This document shows, piece by piece, positions 18,134-27,544 of a stretch of DNA of 64,000 bases. The DNA lies in the NCBI GenBank assembly GCA_964615995.1, contig CAZTSR010000017.1, forward strand, positions 4,844 through 68,843. The letters run 5' to 3'. Both the position numbers and the translations under genes were made by a program. Below the pieces are notes generated by a model. That model was not told the origin of the DNA and ran no database searches. It worked only from the letters and a program-made list of their open reading frames with translations. Position 1 is the first letter of the stretch; each line of letters opens with the position of its first letter. The DNA comes from an uncultured Bacteroidales bacterium (lineage in GTDB: Bacteria > Bacteroidota > Bacteroidia > Bacteroidales > UBA10428).

Positions 18134-19006
18134 CCTCTCATCCAGTTTTTTCACCGTTTCTCTGAGAAATTCTTCAAATCCTTTGGCAAATTCGTTGCGT
18201 TTCAGGGCAAATTCCACTGTGGTTTTCAAAAATTCCATCTTATTGCCGATATCATAGCGTTTGCCTTCAAAAATATTGGCAATAATGCCTTCTTCCTTGA
18301 GCAGAATCTGCAGCGCATCGGTTAATTGTATTTCATTGCCTTTGCCACGTGGTGTTTTTTCCAAAGCTTTGAATATTTCAGGCGTTAAAATATAACGGCC
18401 TGCAATAGCCAGATTCGAAGGAGCCTGAGCAGGTTCCGGCTTTTCTATGAGTTGATTTAACTGAAGTACATTACCACTTAGAAAATTACCACCTACAATT
18501 CCATATCTTGAAACGCGTTCTTCAGGAACCTTTTCAACTCCGATTACGGTTTGACCAAACTGTTCATAGGAATCAATCATTTGCTGGGTTACCGGAATAA
18601 CAGCATCAATGATCGTATCACCTAAAAGAACAGCAAACGGCTCGTGGGCACAATGAAAGCGGGCATGATATATGGCATCACCCAGTCCATTCAACTCCTT
18701 TTGCCTGATGAAGTGAATATTGGCCATAGACTCGATATGTTTCAGCTGGGTATAGAGTGCTTCATCCTCCTGCTCCTGGATTCTTGATTCCAGTTCAATA
18801 TTCCTGTCGAAATGATCCTCTATGGAACGTTTCCCCTTGCCTGAAATAATCAGAATATCCTCAATTCCTGAGTCGACGCATTCCTGAACCACATATTGAA
18901 TTACAGGGGTGTCGATTACCGGAAGCATTTCTTTAGGTTGTGCCTTGGTAGCGGGCAGGAATCGTGTTCCGAAACCTGCTGCCGGAATTACTGCTTTTTT
19001 GATCAT
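18128..19006 (-). CDS. galU: UTP--glucose-1-phosphate uridylyltransferase
   Basis: 292 aa. The N-terminus is KAVIPAAGFGTRFLPATKAQPKEMLPV, the canonical GalU motif. Confidence 0.95.
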   Translation of the reverse strand: MIKKAVIPAAGFGTRFLPATKAQPKEMLPVIDTPVIQYVVQECVDSGIEDILIISGKGKRSIEDHFDRNIELESRIQEQEDEALYTQLKHIESMANIHFIRQKELNGLGDAIYHARFHCAHEPFAVLLGDTIIDAVIPVTQQMIDSYEQFGQTVIGVEKVPEERVSRYGIVGGNFLSGNVLQLNQLIEKPEPAQAPSNLAIAGRYILTPEIFKALEKTPRGKGNEIQLTDALQILLKEEGIIANIFEGKRYDIGNKMEFLKTTVEFALKRNEFAKGFEEFLRETVKKLDERK

Positions 19007-19022
19007 GTATCCTGGGTGTTAT

Positions 19023-20018
19023 TTATGTTATTATTGGTTTAATGACACGTGCATTAATTTTTCGCAATTTAACAACGAGGCGGCGAAGCATTTCATCGTC
19101 CTGGTACATGCCAATTATGGCGCCACCCGAGCCTGAAAATTTAGCAGAAGCTCCGCAACTTCTTGCAGTATGAACCAGTTCCATGTTGCTTTCGGAAATA
19201 TTCATAATCTTACAGCGTAAATCAAAATTTTTATCCATCAAACCACTCAGCGTGCTGTAATCTCTATTGGCAATGGCCGTCTTTCCCTGCTCGGACAGAT
19301 CGGCCAGCTCCTCAAGTGTCTTAAGAACCACGGCATCGCCCTTCTCATATTTCTCCCGGATGTTGTTGAGCACTGTACCGGAAACTTTTCCCAGTTCTAC
19401 TTTATAAGCAAGATAGAACTTGGGCAATAATGCGGGATTAATGGTTTCATAGGTACCGAAGCCATTTTTAACCAGGTTGTCTTTATTAAAATCCATAAAA
19501 ACACATCCTTCGAAAACCTGGATTACGCGATCCTGCAATCCGGCGTTGATGCCCAATTCTTCGGTTTCGGCTTTTAAAATAAGGGTAGGCAGAATATGGC
19601 GGGGAATATCAATCTCATAAAATTGCATCAAAGCTTTTATTGTGGCGGTAACAATAGCGCTTGAGCCTGCAAGTCCAACCTGCCTGGGTATAGAAGATCT
19701 GTACCGGATGGTGAAATTTCTCCTGCATAAAGGAAGGTTTTGAAATTCGCAATATTCCACAAACTTTTTTACGGCAGCCTTAATCAACCGAGCACCGCCG
19801 TAATAACCGGTTAATCTCACAGAATCAATCAGATGGTGAACATTTCTAAAAGCATTCAGATCAACATCAGCTTCTTCAATTCTCAATTCGGGTGACTCAT
19901 ATAAAGAGATCGAAGCACCAAAATTTTTCACAATAATGGATATGGTTTTCCCAAAATATCCATCGGATGGATTCCCAAGGAGTCCGGCTCTTGCATAAGC
20001 CCTTGTTTCAATAATCAT
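19023..20018 (-). CDS. GHMP-family sugar kinase (glucuronokinase-like)
   Basis: 331 aa with GHMP motif 2, PRQVGLAGSSAIV, and a C-terminal GSGGAIIG. It lies 16 nt upstream of galU, so the two probably form an operon. Confidence 0.75.
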   Translation of the reverse strand: MIIETRAYARAGLLGNPSDGYFGKTISIIVKNFGASISLYESPELRIEEADVDLNAFRNVHHLIDSVRLTGYYGGARLIKAAVKKFVEYCEFQNLPLCRRNFTIRYRSSIPRQVGLAGSSAIVTATIKALMQFYEIDIPRHILPTLILKAETEELGINAGLQDRVIQVFEGCVFMDFNKDNLVKNGFGTYETINPALLPKFYLAYKVELGKVSGTVLNNIREKYEKGDAVVLKTLEELADLSEQGKTAIANRDYSTLSGLMDKNFDLRCKIMNISESNMELVHTARSCGASAKFSGSGGAIIGMYQDDEMLRRLVVKLRKINARVIKPIIT

Positions 20019-20056
20019 GTATGATAATAATTATGCGCCCCTAAATTTACCAACAA

Positions 20057-20258
20057 ATCAATCAATCACCAAATCGGGTAATCGGGTAATCGGGTAATCG
20101 GGTAATCGGTAATCGGTAATCGGTTACAGTGACAAGTGACGAGGGACAAGGGACAAGTGGGTGTGTGCATGGGGTTGGAGCATGGAGATGGTAATCGGTA
20201 ATCGGTAATCGGTAATCAGTAATCAGGTAATTGGTATCCAGCATCAAGCATCCAGCAT
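20057..20258. repeat. Mosaic of 7-8 bp tandem repeats between the ZIP stop and the GHMP-kinase start
   Basis: The order is (atcgggta)x4, (atcggta)x2, gtgacaag/tgacgag/ggacaag/ggacaag, 29 nt of unique sequence, (ggtaatc)x4, agtaatc, then atccagc/atcaagc/atccagc. The mosaic ends 1 nt before the ZIP stop codon. Confidence 0.9.
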
Positions 20259-20259
20259 A

Positions 20260-21075
20260 TCATCCCAGAGAAACGTCCAAAAACATCATGGTAGCAAAGC
20301 CTACCATTGCGCCAATGGTAGACAGGTCCGTTTCATTTCCTGTTTGAGATTCAGGAATCAGTTCTTCTACAACAACAAAGATCATAGCGCCTGCAGCAAA
20401 GGATAATGCATACGGTAAAAGCGGTGTAATAGCGAGAACCATGTAGGCTCCGATAACACCACTGATGGGTTCCACAATTCCGGATAACTGCCCGTAGTTA
20501 AACGCTTTCAAACGTGAAAATCCCTCACGGCGGAGGGGAATGGAAACAGCTGCTCCTTCCGGAAAATTCTGCAATCCAATGCCAATTGCCAGTGCAATGC
20601 TTCCTGTTAACAGGCCAATATCAGGGTTATGAGCCAGGGCTCCAAATGAAATACCTACTGCCAGTCCTTCCGGTATATTATGAAGCGTAATGGCCAGAAC
20701 CAGCAAGACGCTCTTCCGCCAGCTTGTTTTAATACCCTCTGCCTTATCTTTACTCAATCCCATATGCAGGTGAGGCAAAATCCGATCGATGAGATACAAA
20801 AAAGCTCCTCCGGAAATAAAACCAACCAGTGCAGGAACCCATGGTATGGAACCATGTTCCTCAGCCATTTCTATAGCGGGCTTTAAAAGAGACCAGAAAC
20901 TGGCAGCAATCATTACACCTGCTGCAAATCCCAACATGGAATTCAGAATTTTCTTATTGATGGTTCGGAAAAAGAATACCATTGCAGATCCCAGGGCCGT
21001 GACAAACCATGTAAACAGAGTAGCTAAAAGAGCCAGTATGACAGGGTTAACATCCAGAAGTGAATTAAGATTCAT
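20260..21075 (-). CDS. ZIP-family divalent metal (Zn/Fe) transporter, ZupT-like
   Basis: 271 aa with ~8 TM segments. Signature motifs are [10 protein letters not shown] and …QNFPEGAAV…. Confidence 0.9.
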   Translation of the reverse strand: MNLNSLLDVNPVILALLATLFTWFVTALGSAMVFFFRTINKKILNSMLGFAAGVMIAASFWSLLKPAIEMAEEHGSIPWVPALVGFISGGAFLYLIDRILPHLHMGLSKDKAEGIKTSWRKSVLLVLAITLHNIPEGLAVGISFGALAHNPDIGLLTGSIALAIGIGLQNFPEGAAVSIPLRREGFSRLKAFNYGQLSGIVEPISGVIGAYMVLAITPLLPYALSFAAGAMIFVVVEELIPESQTGNETDLSTIGAMVGFATMMFLDVSLG

Positions 21076-21146
21076 GGTTGAATTGAAACAGTTGTTTTAA
21101 TAATTTCAGACTTACTCTAAATTAAACACTTATATGTAGTATTTGT

Positions 21147-21334
21147 TGAACAATGAACAATTAATAATTAACAATGAACAATGAACAATGAATAATAGGG
21201 ATTGCAGATGCTGGATGCTGGATACTGTTTTACTGATTACCGATTACTGACCGCTGACTGCTGACTGCTGATAGCTTTACCGATTACCGATTACCCACAG
21301 CAATATTACTCCTCGTCCCTTGTCCCTCGTCCCT
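21147..21334. repeat. Mosaic of 7-bp tandem repeats between the nuoN stop and the ZIP start. It is an inverted counterpart of 20057-20258.
   Basis: The order is (caatgaa)-type x4, gatgctg-gatgctg-gata, tactgattaccgattactga, (ctgactg)x2-3, taccgattaccgattaccc, then cctcgtcccttgtccctcgtccct. The mosaic ends 3 nt from the nuoN stop. Confidence 0.9.
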
Positions 21335-21337
21335 ACT

Positions 21338-22759
21338 CTATAACGTTCCGGACAAATTGAAGAAGAATTCATATACGGCTCCAAAGAAACCGGTAAAGAA
21401 GACGCCGAGAATGCAAAGTATGAGGCTGATTCTGCTATACAAATCACTTTTGAAACAGGCGATCGGCTGATCGTTTTTATCAATAAACATAGCCTTTATC
21501 ACTTTTAAATAGTAATAAAGCGATATGGTGGCATTGAGTACAGCAATTAATACCAGAATGTAGTATCCTTTTCCTGCAGCAGCTGTGAACAAAAAGAACT
21601 TGCTGAAAAAGCCTGCTACCGGGGGGATGCCGGCCAGAGAAAACAGAGCAAGCATCATGGTCAGGCTTAAAAGCGGGTTGGTTCTGTACAGTCCGTTATA
21701 AGAGTCAATGGTATCTTTACCAGTCTGGTTGTAAATCGAAGAAATAACTCCAAAAGCTGCAAGGTTTGTAAAAACATATATCAGAACAAAGTAAACCACT
21801 GTAGTCATTCCGATCTGACCGCCACCCATGATACCCAGCAAAATAAAACCTGCCTGGGCAATGGAGGAAAAAGCCATAAATCGTCTCAGGTTATTCTGCC
21901 GCAAGGCAAACAGATTACCAATGGTCATTGTGGAAACAGCGATAATGTATAAAATTGTTTGCCACTGATTTTCAATTGCCGGAAACACTTTATACAGTAC
22001 GATTGTCAGTATGAATACGGCTGAGCCTTTTGATATAACTGACAGATATGCGGTAACATTCACGGGAGCTCCTTCATAAACATCTGCTGTCCAGAAGTGA
22101 AAAGGAACCAAAGAGATTTTAAAGGCCATGCCTGACAAAAAGAATATAAACCCAAGCATATGCAGGCTTGAGGTACCCATGTTGGAGAACACTTCGGAAA
22201 AATAAACCGATCCTGTGGTTCCATAAATAAATGAGATACCCAAGAGCAGGACACCTGATGAAAGTGCGGATGAAAAGATGTATTTAATACCTGCCTCCGG
22301 ACCGTTTTCACCTGATTTATCAAATGCGGCAAGAATTGTAGCCGGAATGCTGGCCAATTCCAAACCAATATATAACATCAGAAAATCACCCGAGGAGATC
22401 ATAAAGTTCATGCCAATGAGGGTTGACAGCATGATAATGATATATTCAGCTACGCGTCCCTGATTGATATCTTTGCAAAGCCATTGAACCGATTGCAGAA
22501 AAACAATCAGCATGGCAATATTGAGGATGTTTTTCATCTGGGTGGTAAGTCCGGTATTCCGGTACATCCCTCCGAAGAGTTCGCCAGTGGGCACACAGAA
22601 AAATCCTGAAACAGTAATTGCAGCAAACAGCACCAATGTGGTATTGATGATGCGTTGTTTACCTGCATCGGCCCATGCCAGATCGAGGATCAATACGAGT
22701 AATGCAAGCAAAACCAGCAATACTTCCTGACGCATGATCATAAAATTTGAAAGATCCAT
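21338..22759 (-). CDS. nuoN: NADH-quinone oxidoreductase subunit N
   Basis: 473-aa polytopic antiporter-like subunit. It is the last gene of the nuo operon. Confidence 0.9.
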   Translation of the reverse strand: MDLSNFMIMRQEVLLVLLALLVLILDLAWADAGKQRIINTTLVLFAAITVSGFFCVPTGELFGGMYRNTGLTTQMKNILNIAMLIVFLQSVQWLCKDINQGRVAEYIIIMLSTLIGMNFMISSGDFLMLYIGLELASIPATILAAFDKSGENGPEAGIKYIFSSALSSGVLLLGISFIYGTTGSVYFSEVFSNMGTSSLHMLGFIFFLSGMAFKISLVPFHFWTADVYEGAPVNVTAYLSVISKGSAVFILTIVLYKVFPAIENQWQTILYIIAVSTMTIGNLFALRQNNLRRFMAFSSIAQAGFILLGIMGGGQIGMTTVVYFVLIYVFTNLAAFGVISSIYNQTGKDTIDSYNGLYRTNPLLSLTMMLALFSLAGIPPVAGFFSKFFLFTAAAGKGYYILVLIAVLNATISLYYYLKVIKAMFIDKNDQPIACFKSDLYSRISLILCILGVFFTGFFGAVYEFFFNLSGTL

Positions 22760-22771
22760 TTTTGCTCTCTT

Positions 22772-24286
22772 TTATAAATTAATACCCGTTACTGCTGCTG
22801 TCAATCTGGAAATATAAGGCATTAAACCTCCATTGATGAGATTTGACAGCCATAAGGGCGCAATACCAATTCCTGCAATGGCAACCACCAGCGTTCCAAC
22901 GCTCAGCCTTTCGTACCACCGTGCATCCTTAAAATGGGTAAAATGTTCGTTTTTCAGAGGCCCAAGTAACAGAATTCCCACAACACGCAAAATATAAACT
23001 GCAGTTACAACGATGGATGTTGTTACCAATATGGTAGCGACCCTGTGAAAGGTATCAGCATGTTGGAAGGCACCGGTAAAAACAGTCATTTCTGCAACGA
23101 ATCCCGACAAACCTGGTAAACCCAGTGATGCGAGACCGGCGATAACATAAACTACAGATAAAAAGGGAATCACCTTCATCAAACCGCCCATTTCATGGAT
23201 AATGCGGGTATGTGTTCTGCCATATATCATGCCGATCAAGGCAAAGAAAAGTGCAGTCATTAAACCATGTGAAATCATCTGAATAACAGCGCCATTCATG
23301 GAAGTCTGATTCATCATAAGCAGGGCAAAGATTACTAGTCCACAATGGCTTACAGAAGAATAAGCATTGATGTATTTAAGGTCTTTTTGCCAGACAGCGC
23401 CAAATGCACCGTAAACTACACTGATGGTAGTAAGTATGATGAATATCCATGCCATTTCCTGTGCAGCAGATGGCATCAGATACATAGCAACTCTCAGACA
23501 GCCATAACCTCCCAGCTTCATTAAAACACCGGCATGCAACATTGATACTGCAGTGGGAGCAGAAGCGTGACCATCGGGTGACCATGTATGCAAAGGGAAT
23601 AGTGCGCCTAACACGCCGAAACCTATAAATGTGAAAGGAAAGAAAAACCGTTGGGCAGCAAGAGGCATTTGGATCTGAGCTATCTCGAGTAAATTAAAAG
23701 TATGTGTGCCGTTGGCCAGCGTAGCATTATAATAAATTCCGAAAAGTCCCACCATCAGCAATGCAGATCCTCCCATCAGCATCAGGGTAAGTTTCATGGC
23801 AGAATATTCCTTTGGTCCGCTTCCCCAGATTCCGATCAACAGGTACATTGGAATTACAGCCAGCTCATAAAACATAAACATGGTGAACAGGTCGATGGAA
23901 ATAAAGAATCCGAAAACACCGGTTGCCAGAATAATGAGCGATATGAAAAATTCCCGCGCCAGATCCTGCATTTCCCATGAAGCAAAAATTCCAGCAAAAA
24001 CCACCGTGGATGTAAGCAGGATCATTGAAACTGCAATACCATCCACTCCGGTTGTGAAATGGAAATTCAGAGATGTAAACCAGGTATAGTCTGTCACAAA
24101 CAACATTTCGGCCGTATTGCCTGCATTGCGTTCATGGTAATATAAGCAAAGCAGAACAACAGACAGAATAAGCTGGAGAAACATACCGGCAGCAGCAACA
24201 ACACGAGCTGACCTGCCATCTTTGGTAAAAAGGATTCCCGAGATGGTAAGTACCGGAATGATTATGAAAAGCCAGAGAATGCTCAT
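22772..24286 (-). CDS. nuoM: NADH-quinone oxidoreductase subunit M
   Basis: 504-aa antiporter-like subunit (…HTWSPDGHASAPTAVSMLHAGVLMKLGGYG…). Confidence 0.92.
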   Translation of the reverse strand: MSILWLFIIIPVLTISGILFTKDGRSARVVAAAGMFLQLILSVVLLCLYYHERNAGNTAEMLFVTDYTWFTSLNFHFTTGVDGIAVSMILLTSTVVFAGIFASWEMQDLAREFFISLIILATGVFGFFISIDLFTMFMFYELAVIPMYLLIGIWGSGPKEYSAMKLTLMLMGGSALLMVGLFGIYYNATLANGTHTFNLLEIAQIQMPLAAQRFFFPFTFIGFGVLGALFPLHTWSPDGHASAPTAVSMLHAGVLMKLGGYGCLRVAMYLMPSAAQEMAWIFIILTTISVVYGAFGAVWQKDLKYINAYSSVSHCGLVIFALLMMNQTSMNGAVIQMISHGLMTALFFALIGMIYGRTHTRIIHEMGGLMKVIPFLSVVYVIAGLASLGLPGLSGFVAEMTVFTGAFQHADTFHRVATILVTTSIVVTAVYILRVVGILLLGPLKNEHFTHFKDARWYERLSVGTLVVAIAGIGIAPLWLSNLINGGLMPYISRLTAAVTGINL

Positions 24287-24298
24287 AATGAAATGACA

Positions 24299-26218
24299 TT
24301 AAGACAATTGATACAGAACAATAAGAACAAGAATGATGGCACCCGAAATGAATCCGAGGGCATAATGCTGCAACTGACCCGACTGCATACCTTTAATCCT
24401 TTCCGATGTATTAGATACAGCGGCAGCAATGCCGTTCATGGTTGCATCCACAACATGACGGTCGAACCATGCAACCGGCCGGGAAACATAGTTGAACAGG
24501 ATGCGCTTGGTAACGAAGAGATACAGCTCATCAATGTAAAACTTGTTATAGATGGTCTTATAAATCGATCCGAGGCTGTCTGCCAGCTTTCCGGACAGGG
24601 CATTTTCCTTTTTATAAAACAACAGTGCAACGGCAATACCCACAATAGCAACTAATACAGAAGGTATTGCAATGTTATAATGAATTTGGGTTTCGAAGGG
24701 TACCCGATCTGCCGACACAAATTTGCCGAAAGGAATAAAACCGGTAAACAAAGAACCCAGCGCCAGAAAAACCAGCGGAAAGGTCATTGTTACAGGCGAT
24801 TCATGCGGGGTATGGTGATAGTGGGTATCTTTATTCCAAAAAATTCCAAAATAGAGCCGGAACATATAAAATGCTGTAAGTCCTGCCACCAGGTACTCGA
24901 TTGCAAACAGCCAGCGATTATAGTTCCATGCAGCAACCAGAATTTCATCCTTGCTGAAAAATCCTGAAAAAGGTGGAATACCGGCTATTGCCAGACAGGC
25001 AATCAGGAATGTAATATGTGTAATGGGCAAATACTTCCTTAACCCGCCCATATCGTTCATCAGGTTGCTGTGAACAGCATGGATAATAGATCCCGCACCC
25101 AGGAACAGCAAAGCCTTAAACATGGCATGAGTAAACAAATGAAACATGGATGCCATGTAACCAAGTCCTTCTTCGCCTTTGAGTCCCGAAACGCCCAATG
25201 CCAGCATCATATATCCGATCTGGGATAATGTGGAATAAGCCAGAACACGTTTGATATCGAATTGTGTACATGCAATTACAGCTGCAAACAGGGAAGTAAA
25301 GCCTCCAATCCATGCAATTACAGAAAGCGCATCAGGAGTATAAACAAAATACACAGGAAACATACGTGCTACAAGGAATACACCGGCAACAACCATAGTT
25401 GCAGCATGAATAAGTGCTGAAACCGGGGTAGGACCTTCCATTGCATCGGGCAACCAGATATGAAGCGGAAACATAGCCGATTTACCGGCTCCACCCATAA
25501 AAATCAGAAGCATTGCCCAGGTAATAACGGAACATCCCATAAAACTGGCAGAGGCAATGCCTGTGAAAGCAAGATTCTGAGGATTTGTGAGTTCCTGGAA
25601 ATCAAAAGTTTTAGTATAAAAGGATAACAGAAGGATGCCGATCAGGAACCCGAGATCTGCAAACCTGGTTACAATAAACGCTTTCTTGGATGCTGCAACA
25701 GCAGACGGGCGTTCATAATAGAAGCCAATCAGAAGATAGGATGAAACGCCCACAAGCTCCCAGAAAATGTACATCTGGAAAATATTGGTTGCTACAACCA
25801 GTCCCAGCATTGAAAAAGTAAACAGCGAAAGGAAAGCATAGAAACGAGCAAACCCACGTTCTCCTTTCATGTAACCCATACTGTATATGTGCACCATCAG
25901 GGAAACGGTAGTGATTACGACAAGCATCATCACTGAAATCGGATCGAGCAATACGCCCATATCAATCCGAAGGTTTTCAGTAAGCTGAAGCCAGGTGGTT
26001 TTTGCAGCAATAATGGTTGCATAGCCATCACTTCCTGACGGGATCATAAAGAAGTAATTCCAGGCAGTGATCAATGAAAGGATAAAAGCCAGGAAAAGGC
26101 CTGTTGTGCCAATCATTCCCGAAATAACGGGCTTAAAACGATTTCCCGCCAAACCTGTGAACAGGAATACTGCCAGGGGAATAAGCGGAATGCATATGGT
26201 ATAATTAAAGTTCATCAT
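24299..26218 (-). CDS. nuoL: NADH-quinone oxidoreductase subunit L
   Basis: 639 aa. The antiporter-like core (…WLPDAMEGPTPVSALIHAATMVVAGV…) and the long C-terminal extension are typical of NuoL. Confidence 0.93.
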   Translation of the reverse strand: MMNFNYTICIPLIPLAVFLFTGLAGNRFKPVISGMIGTTGLFLAFILSLITAWNYFFMIPSGSDGYATIIAAKTTWLQLTENLRIDMGVLLDPISVMMLVVITTVSLMVHIYSMGYMKGERGFARFYAFLSLFTFSMLGLVVATNIFQMYIFWELVGVSSYLLIGFYYERPSAVAASKKAFIVTRFADLGFLIGILLLSFYTKTFDFQELTNPQNLAFTGIASASFMGCSVITWAMLLIFMGGAGKSAMFPLHIWLPDAMEGPTPVSALIHAATMVVAGVFLVARMFPVYFVYTPDALSVIAWIGGFTSLFAAVIACTQFDIKRVLAYSTLSQIGYMMLALGVSGLKGEEGLGYMASMFHLFTHAMFKALLFLGAGSIIHAVHSNLMNDMGGLRKYLPITHITFLIACLAIAGIPPFSGFFSKDEILVAAWNYNRWLFAIEYLVAGLTAFYMFRLYFGIFWNKDTHYHHTPHESPVTMTFPLVFLALGSLFTGFIPFGKFVSADRVPFETQIHYNIAIPSVLVAIVGIAVALLFYKKENALSGKLADSLGSIYKTIYNKFYIDELYLFVTKRILFNYVSRPVAWFDRHVVDATMNGIAAAVSNTSERIKGMQSGQLQHYALGFISGAIILVLIVLYQLS

Positions 26219-26234
26219 TTCAGGAGCAAAAAAA

Positions 26235-26552
26235 TCAATACTTCATTTTATTCATTTCATCCGATTCGATGGAAGTATACTTTCTGTATATGTTAATGAT
26301 CAGTGCTATGGCTACTGAAGCTTCAGCAGCAGCGATAGCAACAATAAAAATGGCAAAGAAATGTCCCTGCAGCTTGTCGGGGAACAGGTATCTGTTAAAT
26401 ATTACAAAATTGATATTTACAGAATTCAGGATCAATTCAACAGACATGAGCATGGTGATCAGGTTCCGGCGTGTCAGAAAGCCATATATTCCGATAAAGA
26501 ATACCAATGTGCTCACAATCAGAAAATGGGTGATGGGAATGCCGTGTATCAT
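26235..26552 (-). CDS. nuoK: NADH-quinone oxidoreductase subunit K
   Basis: 105 aa with 3 TM segments, in the correct position in the operon. Confidence 0.9.
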   Translation of the reverse strand: MIHGIPITHFLIVSTLVFFIGIYGFLTRRNLITMLMSVELILNSVNINFVIFNRYLFPDKLQGHFFAIFIVAIAAAEASVAIALIINIYRKYTSIESDEMNKMKY

Positions 26553-27061
26553 ACTTTTTTGTCTTTTTTAGCAATTACAATGGAACCAATCATTGCTGCG
26601 AGCAACAGAATACTTATTACTTCAAAGGGCAAGGCGTAGCCATCCTTTCCGGTGAACAGAAGACTTGTTCCGATTTCACGCATGTCAGGATCGGGAAATT
26701 GTGCTTCCTGGATTTTGAAGGGATAATTCAGAAAGGAAACAATTGTAATGGATGCTCCCAAAACAGCCACTAAAAGGCCCGTAACGACTTTCATCAATGG
26801 TGGGCGTTCGAATTTATGGCTGATATGATGGGTCAGGAGTATTGAAAAAATAATCATCACCACAATGCCCCCGGCATATAAAGCAAGCTGAACCCCTGCA
26901 AGGAATTGATATTGCAATAGAAAGTAGAGGCCTGATGTTGCTACTAGAGCAAAAAGAAGAAAAACTGCTGCTCTCAGAATACGGCGACTGGTTACTGCAA
27001 GTACTGCAAAAGCCAGTAATGTAGCAGAAAACAGGTAAAACATGAAAACGTTTGCACTCAT
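26549..27061 (-). CDS. nuoJ: NADH-quinone oxidoreductase subunit J
   Basis: 170 aa, hydrophobic. It has 4-bp overlaps with both neighbours. Confidence 0.88.
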   Translation of the reverse strand: MSANVFMFYLFSATLLAFAVLAVTSRRILRAAVFLLFALVATSGLYFLLQYQFLAGVQLALYAGGIVVMIIFSILLTHHISHKFERPPLMKVVTGLLVAVLGASITIVSFLNYPFKIQEAQFPDPDMREIGTSLLFTGKDGYALPFEVISILLLAAMIGSIVIAKKDKKV

Positions 27062-27540
27062 TGCCTGATCTCTTTTTTTAGGGAGGAACCCGGTTGATTT
27101 AATACTTTGGTGAGTTTCGACTTGTCAAAAACTGCATTTTCAAAATCGTGTCCGAATGCAAGGGCATCTGAAGGACAGGCTTTAACACACAAGCCACAGA
27201 AAGTACACATTCCAAGCCGGTATACATGACGGTCGAGTACTCTCACTTCTTTCCCTTCAGCATTTAATTCCTTGCGTGAAATCACTTCAATGGTGCCATT
27301 GGGACAGTTCATCTGGCAAATGCCACAGGCCGTGCAACGATGATGGTTTTCAGCATCGTGTGGCATGATGATTTCACCCTTATAACGGTCGAACATCTTA
27401 AGCTGCCCGCGGTTTTCGGGATACTTACGGGTAACGATTTCCTTAGGACGAAAGAAATAGCCACCGGTTATGCGCATTCCGGCCCATAAGGTCGCCAGAC
27501 CGGAAATGATCTCCTTTATATAATTAATGATACTTTTCAT
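27058..27540 (-). CDS. nuoI: NADH-quinone oxidoreductase subunit I (2x[4Fe-4S])
   Basis: Two ferredoxin-type motifs, CTACGICQMNCP and CTFCGLCVKACP. Confidence 0.93.
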   Translation of the reverse strand: MKSIINYIKEIISGLATLWAGMRITGGYFFRPKEIVTRKYPENRGQLKMFDRYKGEIIMPHDAENHHRCTACGICQMNCPNGTIEVISRKELNAEGKEVRVLDRHVYRLGMCTFCGLCVKACPSDALAFGHDFENAVFDKSKLTKVLNQPGSSLKKEIRQ

Positions 27541-27544
27541 AGAT

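Noticed and set aside
17656-18140. Possibility of an integrative element (genomic island) inserted at tRNA-Ser
   Set aside because: There is no integrase or other mobility gene downstream, and I found no direct repeat of the tRNA 3' end. The downstream genes (galU etc.) are housekeeping.
18003-18257. 84-aa plus-strand ORF (…FFTSSLLHFFTSSPLHFLSS…)
   Set aside because: It is generated by the cttcactt octamer array and is antisense to the galU 3' end, so it is not a gene.
20062-20247. 61-aa ORF (MMLDTNYLITDYRLPITDY…) on the minus strand
   Set aside because: It is translated entirely from the ggtaatc/gtgacaa tandem repeats. The periodic peptide is a repeat artefact and has no independent coding signal.
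14731-21334. Possibility that the tandem repeat arrays are CRISPR arrays
   Set aside because: The units are only 7-9 bp and directly abut each other with no unique spacers. No cas genes are present in the window.
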